64,000 nt of DNA, taken from NCBI GenBank assembly GCA_965649765.1, contig OZ287753.1, forward strand, positions 4,216,001-4,280,000, written 5' to 3'. Position 1 is the first letter of the stretch. Each line of letters starts with the position of its first letter. The notes under the pieces are model-generated. The model was not told the origin of the DNA and ran no database searches. It saw nothing but the letters and a program-made list of their open reading frames with translations. Source of the stretch: Bispira polyomma. Taxonomy: Eukaryota. Below are positions 22,801 through 34,167 of the stretch, piece after piece. The position numbers and the translations under genes are program-made.

Positions 22801-24983
22801 TTATTAAGTCAAAAACTTTTTGGAACACAGCTTGGCTGGAGGCATATACTGAAACAAAAAATTTAAACAAGAATAGAAAACTCAATTCTGAAAAAGTCAG
22901 GTTTTTAGGGTTTAAGAAAGGTAAACAAGGGGATGTCAAAAAATTAGAACAAAAAATCCCTCCCACCACTACCCTTACAATTGATTCAAAATCAGTAAAC
23001 AAAGTATCAAAATGTCAAAATGCCTGTGTTCAAAAAGTTTGTCATACTGTTCAGCAAATCTCGTCTTCCCCTCCAAAAAAGGGGAATATTGCTGTAGTAC
23101 AAATTTCTCCAAAGTCGCATTTGGTTCAAAACTCTACTGCTGTTCATTCAGTCAAAACTCGGGGGAACCCCCCTTCAAAATCAATCAAAAATGACATGTC
23201 TGCAGTAATGCAAACAACCCATGACAAACAAACGTTTGTAAAAACAAATGACAATTTTGGGTTTATGTGTTTATATAAAACAGTTTATAGTATTCCAAAC
23301 CATACCAATGACCTTAAGTATACAACTTTGGAACAATGGGCCATTCTTTCGAATGCCAGGGTTAATCGATATGGCTGCCCCAATTACTTGGGAGCTCGCT
23401 TGCCAGTCCCCTCAGAGTTAAATATTCCTCAATGGAGGAACTTGTTGCAAGGTGACCCGGACATATTACTACCAGAGTATTTAGAATTTGGGTTTCCTTT
23501 GTGTATACAAAAACAGGGTTTTGTGTTTAATACTATAACAAAAAATCATGACTCAGCGTTACAGCATCCACAAAGTGTAGATGAATATTTCATAACAGAA
23601 CGTTTGCACAAAGCCATAGCTGGTCCTTTTTTAAATGACCCATTTGAGAAATTACATTTTTCTCCAGTTATGACTCGACCAAAAAGTGATAACACCCGAA
23701 GAATCATAGTTGATTTGTCTTGGCCTCACAATAATTCTTCTGTCAACAATACAGTATTGAACGGAGTATATGACGACCACGAGTTTCGTCTCACCCTCCC
23801 AAATATAGACATGTTGGTTGACAAAATCAATGAACTGGGTCCTAATTGCCTATTATATAGAATCGATTTATCTAGGGCGTTTAGGAACCTCCGTATTGAC
23901 CCAGGAGATTATAATTATGCTGCCCTTAATTGGAAAAATAACACCTACATTGACCTCTCTGTAATGATGGGGTACAAGCACGGCACGGCATTATGTGAAA
24001 AGACCACTGATTCATTACGTAGGCTCATGAATACTAAAGACTATCAAATTTACAACTACATCGACGATGTATTTGCGGCTGACACCCCAGAAAAATCAAA
24101 ACAATCATTTGACACGTTATATGACCTTATTCAAAAGTTAGGCCTTCCAATAAATCCTAATAAAGTGGAAAAGCCAGCTGAGTCAATTACTTGTATGGGC
24201 ATTATAGTAAATGCACGCACGGGAATATTGGAAATCCCCCAACAGAAAATGACTGATATATGTGATATGTGTAATCAGTGGCAAGGCCGTTCTCTTTGTA
24301 CTAGACGCCAACTTCAGTCCCTATTAGGAAAATTGCTGTACATACACCGATGTCTCAAACCAGCTCGGTTGTTTTTAAACAGAATGTTGGCATTACTAAG
24401 AGATTCCTACCCAAGTGTGAACATCACATTGAATGATGACTTTAAAAGGGACCTTAATTGGTTTCACGTCTTTTTACAACACTTCAATGGTATTGTAGAA
24501 ATGCACACAAATGACACCCCTAACAATGAAATGTTTGTGGACGCTTCCCTCACTGGTGTAGGGGCTGTGTATAATAACAATGTATATGCCTCCACTTATC
24601 CTGAAAACAAACCAATTCACTTTAGTATTGTTCACTATGAAATGTGGAATGTCTTAGTTGCATTAAGAAAGTGGGGACACCTTTGTAAAAACACGGTGCT
24701 GAACATTCATTGTGACAACTTAGCAGTTGTTCAAACTCTCAATTCGGGAAAAATTAAAGATAAATCACTGGCATTGATTGCTAGAGCTATATGGTTACAG
24801 ATAGCCATATACAATATAAAATTGTTATTATCGCATGTACCGGGTGGAAATAATATAATTGCTGACTGTTTGTCTCGGATGTTTTCCCCTTTGCCTATAA
24901 AACTAAAAGTTTCAGCCGAATTAAAAGGAAAAACTTGGTGGCCTGTCACTAAACAGGATTTTACACTGAATTACAGCATTTAA
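22755..24983 (+). CDS. RT/RNase H ORF of YR retrotransposon
   Basis: Frame open from 22755, further upstream than the track shows; RIIVDLS, IDLSRAFR, YIDD, LQSLLGKL, FVDAS, HCDN, IADCLSR. Confidence 0.93.
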   Translation, partial: GSGKRERPPGSPKSVIIKSKTFWNTAWLEAYTETKNLNKNRKLNSEKVRFLGFKKGKQGDVKKLEQKIPPTTTLTIDSKSVNKVSKCQNACVQKVCHTVQQISSSPPKKGNIAVVQISPKSHLVQNSTAVHSVKTRGNPPSKSIKNDMSAVMQTTHDKQTFVKTNDNFGFMCLYKTVYSIPNHTNDLKYTTLEQWAILSNARVNRYGCPNYLGARLPVPSELNIPQWRNLLQGDPDILLPEYLEFGFPLCIQKQGFVFNTITKNHDSALQHPQSVDEYFITERLHKAIAGPFLNDPFEKLHFSPVMTRPKSDNTRRIIVDLSWPHNNSSVNNTVLNGVYDDHEFRLTLPNIDMLVDKINELGPNCLLYRIDLSRAFRNLRIDPGDYNYAALNWKNNTYIDLSVMMGYKHGTALCEKTTDSLRRLMNTKDYQIYNYIDDVFAADTPEKSKQSFDTLYDLIQKLGLPINPNKVEKPAESITCMGIIVNARTGILEIPQQKMTDICDMCNQWQGRSLCTRRQLQSLLGKLLYIHRCLKPARLFLNRMLALLRDSYPSVNITLNDDFKRDLNWFHVFLQHFNGIVEMHTNDTPNNEMFVDASLTGVGAVYNNNVYASTYPENKPIHFSIVHYEMWNVLVALRKWGHLCKNTVLNIHCDNLAVVQTLNSGKIKDKSLALIARAIWLQIAIYNIKLLLSHVPGGNNIIADCLSRMFSPLPIKLKVSAELKGKTWWPVTKQDFTLNYSI

Positions 24984-25970
24984 TATAGTTTCACATTTCC
25001 AGGTTCTCCTTCAGAAAACCTCCTGTATTCAGCTGCTTTAACAAGACTTCCCCATGCCTGCACAGAGAAGACTTCTCAATCTTATTTACAATGTATTAGG
25101 TTATATTTAGCCCTGGCAATAGCATTACCAGTGCACGATTATACAACTACGAAATACATCTTAGTGTTTTTGGAATACTTAACTCAACAAGGACTTAAGC
25201 CTCCTTCTATTCAAAATTACATTTCAGCTATAAAGTTTTACTTTAAATTATGGAATATTTCCACTCTCCCATTTAACCACCCCCAGATTAACTTGTTCAT
25301 GAAATCAATAACCCTTTTAACCCCTTATAACCCTCGTTTAAAATCCATTATCTCCATTCCCATACTAAAAGACATTATCAATCAATGTGAAAAATATCAT
25401 AATGCACACGTGTATCAAGCTATTTTCCTTACAGCGTTTTTTGGTTTCTTTCGTATTTCCAACCTTGTACCTTCATCCATGTCCACATTTGACCCGGTCA
25501 GACACCTCACAGTAAGTGACCTTGTTTGGGGTCACCCAGGAGTTCATATCATCCTGCGATGGGCAAAAAACCTGCAACGCTATAATCAGTTCCATGTGGT
25601 GCAGTTACCTTTCATAAGAAATTCATCTTTATGTCCGGTTACTGCCCTTCTTGTAATGTTGCACTTAAATAAGCCCAAACCTTCTTCCCCTTTGTTCACT
25701 GAAAGCAAACATCCACTTGTACCTATCACTCAATACAAAGTGAGAAAGGTCTTACGTCAAATTATATCGACATTAGGCTTGAACCCACAAGCCTTCACAT
25801 TTCACGCTTTCCGTCGCTCTGGTGCGACCTTTGCCTTTGAAAATAATGTCAACCTCCAATCCATTATGGTTCATGGGGGTTGGCGTTCTCAAGCCGTCTG
25901 GGCTTATCTAAATTCAACACCAAATGCTGCAGCGACTGTAGCTACCTCACTTCAACATATTCTACAATAA
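24984..25970 (+). CDS. Tyrosine recombinase ORF
   Basis: Catalytic set R (FFRISNL), K (WAKN), HxxR (HAFRRSGA), HGGWRS, Y (VWAYL); frame opens right after the RT stop and has no N-terminal ATG. Confidence 0.93.
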   Translation, partial: YSFTFPGSPSENLLYSAALTRLPHACTEKTSQSYLQCIRLYLALAIALPVHDYTTTKYILVFLEYLTQQGLKPPSIQNYISAIKFYFKLWNISTLPFNHPQINLFMKSITLLTPYNPRLKSIISIPILKDIINQCEKYHNAHVYQAIFLTAFFGFFRISNLVPSSMSTFDPVRHLTVSDLVWGHPGVHIILRWAKNLQRYNQFHVVQLPFIRNSSLCPVTALLVMLHLNKPKPSSPLFTESKHPLVPITQYKVRKVLRQIISTLGLNPQAFTFHAFRRSGATFAFENNVNLQSIMVHGGWRSQAVWAYLNSTPNAAATVATSLQHILQ

Positions 25971-25994
25971 ATTACTACACCAAGTCTGGGCTCT

Positions 25995-26640
25995 TTGGGG
26001 CAATCTTCCTTTACATATTTACCTTTTATATTGTCATTTTCTTATGTATATATGTTTTATAATGTTATGTCTTATCATTAATGCTTATTACCAGTAATGT
26101 TACTACACCCTTGAGAAAGGATGACTTTAAGGTAACCATACATTAGATAAGCGTAAACTTTTATGTCGCATGCTTTGATGTTAATTGATTAATTCAGTGT
26201 AAATATCAACCAATTTATAAATGCATGCTCTATACTGATTGTGAATTGCTTACAGCATAAATCACTTAGTTTTAATTAGTAAATGATTCATAGTTGCAAT
26301 GATGCACGATAAGTGCATATATGTAAAACTTAACTAGTCAGAAAATAATATGTCATATTAGTGTAAATGTCTATTAAGCTGTTATAACATTGTGAATGTC
26401 TATTAAGCACAGATAAGTGCATTAGTTATTAGATTATCTGTGTAACATATTATTTTCTATCAAAAAGTTGTATATATACTAGTGTTAGATGCTAATTTTA
26501 GTGTAGATGTGTAGAATTAATAAAGCCCAAAGAGTGCCTGTGTATGACTTGGTGTTTCCTTCCTTGTTTCTCAGATTACAGCATAAATTATCACAAAACA
26601 AATATTACATATCCATACTTCAATGGATTGACATGGACTG
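25995..26640 (+). repeat. Split direct repeat B1 (~646 bp, matches 27429-28074)
   Basis: Direct match at offset 1434; AATAAA at ~26519. Confidence 0.95.
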
Positions 26641-26857
26641 GGGGGCTAGAGCGTTGGCAGCACTAGATGTCAGTCCTGGGAGTGACACTGAATGAACCAA
26701 CCCCTCATTTCCCCTCTGGGGTCTTTATAAGTTAATGACTAATGTTCTCTTTTCAGGGGCTTATGCATGCCAACACCGGCTGCTGGCTATAAAAACCCCT
26801 GTTTTCTGGTGTAAAATTATCAAAATTCATTTGCCACACAAAGTGCTGTTCAAAATT
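26641..26857 (+). repeat. Split direct repeat A2
   Basis: Matches A1; abuts B1 to form the circle-junction sequence. Confidence 0.95.
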
Positions 26858-27428
26858 CCCGCCCTCCCAGTCCCTGTATTTGTAATTTATGTTAATTATA
26901 TATTATGTCTCATTATGTTTGTGACAAATACCAAACGCATACTGTTTTTTGTATTTGCGAGGTAAACTCATACCAGTGCTAGGGTGAATACCAGCAAAAT
27001 GGCATGACATCACTACAAAGACACTGAGCAAACCAACTGACAGTGAGATGCAATGAAAGGAACTGTTGTCCTCACATAACTTCCTACTGATATGTAATAT
27101 TGTCATGCCATGATGCTTATAATGTTCAATTATATATATTCATGTTAAGCGGTGACTGTTAAGTAAAAAAGGGGGGTTGCCGCGAGTTCGATAGGATAAA
27201 CATTAATAGTCCTCACCAACACCTGCCCAAGCAGGTTCAAAACACTATACCAATCGTCTCAGGACCATGCTCCTCCAGCAATAACTCTAACAATTTCCTA
27301 TCATATATCATTTCTTTTAGTAAACTTAATTACTCTGTACTAAACAGGTACAACCATTTTAATTAAATTTTAGTTGTAGTTAACCCATTTCGGTGGGCCA
27401 ATCTTCCTTTACATATTTACCTTTTATA

Positions 27429-28074
27429 TTGGGGCAATCTTCCTTTACATATTTACCTTTTATATTGTCATTTTCTTATGTATATATGTTTTATAATGTT
27501 ATGTCTTATCATTAATGCTTATTACCAGTAATGTTACTACACCCTTGAGAAAGGATGACTTTAAGGTAACCATACATTAGATAAGCGTAAACTTTTATGT
27601 CGCATGCTTTGATGTTAATTGATTAATTCAGTGTAAATATCAACCAATTTATAAATGCATGCTCTATACTGATTGTGAATTGCTTACAGCATAAATCACT
27701 TAGTTTTAATTAGTAAATGATTCATAGTTGCAATGATGCACGATAAGTGCATATATGTAAAACTTAACTAGTCAGAAAATAATATGTCATATTAGTGTAA
27801 ATGTCTATTAAGCTGTTATAACATTGTGAATGTCTATTAAGCACAGATAAGTGCATTAGTTATTAGATTATCTGTGTAACATATTATTTTCTATCAAAAA
27901 GTTGTATATATACTAGTGTTAGATGCTAATTTTAGTGTAGATGTGTAGAATTAATAAAGCCCAAAGAGTGCCTGTGTATGACTTGGTGTTTCCTTCCTTG
28001 TTTCTCAGATTACAGCATAAATTATCACAAAACAAATATTACATATCCATACTTCAATGGATTGACATGGACTG
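27429..28074 (+). repeat. Split direct repeat B2
   Basis: Matches B1. Confidence 0.95.
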
Positions 28075-29136
28075 GGACATTTCTGAGTCGTGCTTATGGT
28101 GCAATAGCCAAATTTCAAAAAATATTTTTTTTATTTTTCACAAACTGGTATAAAAAGGGAATAAATTTTGTTGGTGATGTAATAAATTCAAAAGGAATGA
28201 TCATTAGTCATGATGAAATAAATAGACAGTTTAATACTACTGTGAATATTCTAGACTACTATAGAGTAAAGTTATCAGTAAAAACTTTTATAAAAAAATT
28301 TAAAAATGATAGTAACTTCTCGTACTGTAGACCTACCTTACCATTTCACCTAAAAGTACTATCCAAATCCAGTAAACGTTGTAAAGATTTTTATACAGAC
28401 TTTTGTGAAACTGATAAACAACTTCCTCAGTGTAGATCAAAATGGTCAGGTAGGTTAAATATTTCCAATGAAGATAACATATGGATGAATATTTTCAAAG
28501 CCTGCTTCAAGGCTATACAGGAAAACACGATTATTTGGTTTTAATATAAAATCATCTTTAACATATTGGATACTAAAGAATATTTACACAAAATAACGGT
28601 TTCTGATACTGATACTTGTAGTTTCTGTAAACAGCACCAAGAAAGTATTCAGCATTTGTTTATTCATTGCCCATATGTGAATGATCTATGGAAAAATGTT
28701 CAACAGTGGATTCGTAACAAACTGGCCATAGATATAGAACTCAACAAAAAACTACTCAACAAAAACTTTAGGATATTATAATCTTGATGAAACTTTTTGG
28801 CCTTTAAATTTTATACTTATAATAACAAGGTTTTATTTATATACATTGGTGTTCCAAAAAAAAACTTTTAGCTTAAACATATATTATCTTCAAAAGTTGA
28901 TAATGAGAAAGTTTCAGAGATTAATTTTATGAATGCAAAGTTTATGAAAAGATGGGAAGTGTGGCAAAAGTTGTTTGAAAATGTTTAAATGATTTCAAAT
29001 AAGTTTAAAAAAATAATGTCATATTATATATTTAAATGGTTAATGTGTGTGCCTTTGTCAAAGAACATAGTGTGAATGTGATAATTATGTAAAATTGTTA
29101 TCTTTTAGAGCCAGTAATTACCGTCTTATGTATGGT

Positions 29137-29198
29137 GTATTGTATTGTATGTTGTATTGTGTATTGTATTGTGTATTGTGTTGTGCATTGTGTATTGT
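29137..29198. repeat. (TATTG)n-type microsatellite at the 3' end of the LINE
   Basis: tgtattgtattgtatgttgtattg... Confidence 0.85.
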
Positions 29199-29302
29199 AC
29201 TTTTTGACAACTTTTTTAAAACTACACACGTTATATTCTAAGCACAATATAAACCTGAAATATATGCAGTCACAATATTAATTAGATATTGATGCAACTT
29301 AC

Positions 29303-29809
29303 CAGTGAGCCCATAATATCTCCTTGTTTGGCCAGGACCCGGGACTTCTTGGCCCTGTTCTTAAAGTGCCGCAGCGACTGGTCATAGAACAAAGGCTGTG
29401 CTGCAAAGAACTCCACCAATTGCTGTTCTTGCTCTTCTGACATTTGGTTGGTGACCTTTGGCTTCTTGCTGGCCCACTCATATTTGTTGTCCTCCTCCTT
29501 ATCATCCCCTGGAGGGACGTGGGGAGGCCCAAGGTCCACACTCCCTGAGGCTAATGTCTCCTTCACCAGAGTGGTTTCAATATCTGTAGTGACAGTGGTG
29601 GCTCGTCTCTCAGATGTGACTGTCCTTGGAGCACCTTCTGGTTCAGTGGTGCCACTAGCCTCAGTTGTGATAATGGCTTATGGAATCTTTATCACGGCCC
29701 CAGCCAACTCTTCAGTTTCTTCCGGAAACATGGGCTCTTGAGACAGAAGAAATTCCTCAGTTCCATTCTTTTTTCCCTTCCCCTTTTGAGTAATCACTTT
29801 AGGAGGCAT
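29303..29809 (-). pseudogene. Harbinger MADF/Myb-SANT ORF, exon 1
   Basis: ATG at 29809 (MPPKVITQKGKGKK); MSEEQEQQLVEFFAAQPLFYDQSLRHFKNR; GTAAGT donor at 29302; frameshifted. Confidence 0.72.
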
Positions 29810-30474
29810 TATTACATCCAAATAAGAATTTTTAAACAGTTCAAGAACTGAAACTCTATATCATCCAGTAGTAGAAAACGTCTGCGTAGACCTAAAGACT
29901 TCATGAAACTGATCGCCGAATAGCAAAGCCCCCCTATTTATACCCTGTGAGACCTATTGCCGACCAGTCTTTTTCTGCTCTTTAGTTGATCTGCGAGAGG
30001 TTTCTAATTGGTCGCCGACCAGTGGGAGGAGTTTTTTAAATAATAGACGAGCGTTCTCCGATAATTTGATCGGTCGGCGATAGGTGAGTTTCTTTTTTTT
30101 AAATAGTAAAAAAAGTTTATTCCCTCTATTAAAATCATTTTTCAGATACCCTGTGCAGAGGAGAGGGATTGCAACCCTCTAACAGGGACTTTACAATAAA
30201 CTGCACCTCACAGGGTGGCTTAAGGTTACAAAAAGATTAAATATAACAGTATTACACAGTAACAAAAATTTTATTTTAATAAAATTTTATTTTATTTAAT
30301 TTTATTACACAGTAACAAAAATTTATTTTATAGTAGGAAGGGAAAATAAATATTTAGTATGTACATAAACCATTTCTTAATTAACTATGTACAAGACAAG
30401 AAAGAAAAACATTCACAAGCAAAAAAAATAAATTAAATGAAAGAAAAGAAAATTACATGATAGCTTTGTTAATT

Positions 30475-33400
30475 TCACTCGAACATTTTTTTTAATAAAT
30501 TCCAATTTTTATTGAATATTTCCTCATTCAAATCAAGTTTAGCAACTAGCTTTTGTTTGTCATACATATTTTCAATTTTTTTTTGAAATTCCATAATATT
30601 TAAAAAACGTGAGTTTCTTGAATTGGAATATATATAGCTTTTAGTGGATAGAAGAAGAATATTGACTGGAAGGAAGTTGTTATCCGTAGTTGAATATCCT
30701 AGAATGTGTTCCAAAAGATTCATCATTATATTAATACCTGTCTTGGTTTTGATCCATGCTTGTACCTGTTTCCAAAACTTAAGAGTAACAGGACAAACAG
30801 AGAAGAGAGGAATTATAGATTTTGGGGAGGATTTACGCAGTAAGCAATTCGGAGAAGATGCTATACCTATTTTATTAATGAGGTTTCTGGGTACCAAGAA
30901 TACAATGCAAAATTCTCTGCTGAAACCAAATAAGGTAGTTGTCCTGGATTGTTTTAAAACATGTTTTAAATGCCTGTTGCTATGTACCTTCATCGATATT
31001 TATGTCTAGCTCAGCTTTCCATATATCTTTAAAGTTCATGTCCAAGCAGGTCTTATTTAGCAGATTATAAAATTTCTTGGCTCCTTGCTTTTGACAGAAT
31101 AGGACTGACATTTAATTTGGTAGAAAAGGTTGTTTAAAGTGAAAAATGTCATCCTTGTTATATTTCCTGACAAAAGGTTGGCCACAAGATTTGACCTGTA
31201 GGTAGTCCAAAAAATTAGTGTTTAACAGGTTATATTTTTGTTCTAATTCTTTTTGGCTAATAACATTGCCATTACTGTTAATCAGATCTCTAACAAAGTT
31301 TAGTCCATACTTACTCCAATGAGGAAAGTTGAGAGTTGTTTCTGAAATTTTGGGATTATACCAAATTATTGAGGACAGATTATCATTGTTGTCCGTTAAA
31401 GGGTTTATTTCACAAACTGTAGCCCAGAAAGCCAACATTTCCTTCCAGAAATCATTGTGTAAAGTTTAATTTCACATCTTGATGAACCAGAAAGTACGAT
31501 TTTTGAAATTGGGAAAATTGTTTTTTCAAAAAGAATTAACCAGGGTGGTGTTTAAGTTTTGAAAAGGTGATTCATCCACGTCAGCTTCAGAGATTGGATA
31601 AACCACTCAAAGTTAACCATTTTTAAGCCACTGTTATAGTCTTGTGTAATGTATTCACGTTTGATTTTATCAGGTTTCTTATCCATTAAATACAAAAATA
31701 GACAAAAATTCATCTGTTTTAAGAAACTTTTGTCAGGTAAAGGAATGACCATAAACAGGTAGTTTCATTTTGACAGTATAAAGGTTTTTATAACAGTTAT
31801 TTTTCCAAATGGAGTCAAATTCTATTGTTTCCAATATGTCAACATTGCCTTAGCCTTTTCTAATGCATTAGCATAGTTTAAAGTAGTCATTCCTTTCAGG
31901 TCAACTAAAAACATAATTCCTCAAAAAATTAAAATGTGTGGTTTCTCAGTCTAGTTTGAAGGAAACTTTTAATTTATCCTTAAAATATTTTTTCCTTCCA
32001 ATCTATATTACTTTTGTTTTACTGGTATTCTTTTTTAGGCCTGATAAGGTTCCGAAGTCTTCAATTGCATTGAGGGCACCCTCTAGAGAGCTCTGTGAAC
32101 CATCAAGAATGAGAGTTGTGTCGTTGGCAAACTGTGTCATTTTAATCTTCTCAGAATCAATCATTATTCCTTTGATTTCAAAATTTATATGTATCAGATA
32201 ATGTAACATTTGACCACACAGAATCAATAAATATGGGGCAATATGATCTCCCTGTTCACATCCTCTTTTAATGTTAAAAAAATTTGACTTTACTCCTACT
32301 TGAAAAATTGCCGCTACAATATCTGTATTCATTAGTTTAATCCAACCAATAAAGCTTTCTCTAAAGCATAAGAAATTTAGGGTGTTATACATGAATTTCC
32401 ATGAGATTGAATCAAAGGCTTATCCATTAAGAAATTTAGGGTGTTATACATGAATTTCAATGAGATTGAATCAAAGGCTTTTTCAAAATCTATCAGCATC
32501 AGTAACCCATTCATATAATTTAGTTCAGTGTAACTCATGTTGTCATATATTAGTCGATTTGGGTTACCGATATAGTGACCTTTAAGAAAGCCTGTTTGTG
32601 TCTTTGAAATCAGCTGATCTAGTATGGTCTTCAGTCTTTCTTCTATGGCCGATGCAACCAATTTATGTAATACACTCAACAAAGAAATGGGGCACCAATT
32701 TTTCAATTCTTAACTTGGGCCAGAAGTCTTTAACGAATTCATAAGGAAAACCATCAATACCAGGGGTTTTATTGTTGCGCATTTTCTTCAAAGCATTACT
32801 TAGTTCACTCATAGTCAAGGGACCTTCAATTGACAGAACTCCAGATTTAGTTAGCTACGTGACAAAGTGATTTTTAAAAATATTTGGAAGGTCAATATCT
32901 GGTGTATTTTTATCTCTACTTCATTGATTGATTGATAATGGTCTCTTCATTTTGAAGACATACTTTTTAATTGTTTTATTTAGAAAGTTTTTACCTACTT
33001 TTTTAATTGTTTTATTTATAAAGTTTTTACGTTCCAGGCTACAGAAATACTTGAATGGTTTCTAGCCTAGTTGTAGCCACTTTACTCTGGATTGTACCAT
33101 ATGTCCTGTCATTTTTTCAACAATTCTTTTTTTTGGTTTCTAGAATTTGTGTGCAGATTCTAGTTTTCTAATTAAACTTTCAATGTTATCTATATCTTCC
33201 AGAGACATTTCGGCTTTTTTCTGGGAGGAAGCAAAATTAATAGTAATAGTTCTGATTTTTTTAGCATTTCTAAAAAAAGATCATCTTCAATAGTAAAATG
33301 CACATCAAAGTTGTTGTCTATGTTAAGATATTCAAAGCTGTTAACAGGGACTGCATATTGTGACTTTATGTCCTAAATGGCCTTGTTGACTATCTGTATA

Positions 33401-34167
33401 TAACTTTCATTTTTAAGTAGCCGGCAATTAAATTTCCACAGACCTTTACCTCACTGAAAATTGTTTATCGTTATACTAACTTCAAGTATTGAATGGTCAG
33501 ATATATAACCAGGGATTATTTTACAGCTTGTTACAAGGTCTTTAAAGGCACTTGATACAATAAAATAGTCTAGTCAGGCTTGTTTGATAGTTTTTTTGCC
33601 TTCAAGTATATCGTCGTTAATCAGAGTAAAAATATCTAAGGTGTTTAACATTTCTAATACTTCATTTCTTGACTTTGGGTTATTGATGCTGACATAATTA
33701 AAGCTATCCAATTTTGGGTCCAGAACTAGATTAAAATCTTCACAAATTATCAGGTAGTCTTGCTCATTTTTCTCAACTTGCTGAGCCATATTTTTGAAAA
33801 ATTCAGGAGTATCAGAATTTGGTGCATTAACAATAATTCATCTAACAGAGATTGATGTTATGTCAAGGTCGATCATAAGGAAATTACCAACTGAATCAGA
33901 TTCAGTATTATGGATCTTATATTCAAAATTATTTTTAATGAGTATAGCAACATCTTTTGAGTTAGTTCTTGCTCCGTATACAAAACATTCACAGCCCGAC
34001 AAAGACCTCAGTTTATTTTCTTCATTTTTGGACAAGTAGGTGTCCTGAAGACAGATTATACTGGGATTAAAATGATCAAAATAATTTATAACATCTAATG
34101 TTTTCGATTTATCTCTTAAGCCCTGACAATTTGCCGACATTATTCTGACTTCGTCACCTAATGACAT
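30475..34167 (-). pseudogene. LINE ORF2 (EN-RT) pseudogene
   Basis: Collinear fragments homologous to the + strand LINE; many stops and frameshifts, small local tandem duplications (e.g. 32369-32480). Confidence 0.9.

Larger units (their letters stand above)
21046..28076 (+). mobile_element. Full-length tyrosine-recombinase retrotransposon with split direct repeats (Ngaro/PAT-like DIRS)
   Basis: A1(21046-21262)-gag-RT/RH-YR-B1(25995-26640)-A2(26641-26857)-spacer-B2(27429-28074); repeat pairs look identical by eye; all ORFs uninterrupted. Confidence 0.95.
18320..29200 (+). mobile_element. 5'-truncated L1/Tx1-clade LINE (ORF2 pseudogene: APE endonuclease, RT, C-terminal Zn finger), split by the YR retrotransposon at 21046-28076
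   Basis: ARGVAILLK, IYAPN, ARLDYFL, SDHS, NWRPISLL, IDFEKAFDS, RQGDPIS, QFADDTT, CSFCKQHQESIQHLFIHC; several frameshifts and stops. Confidence 0.93.
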
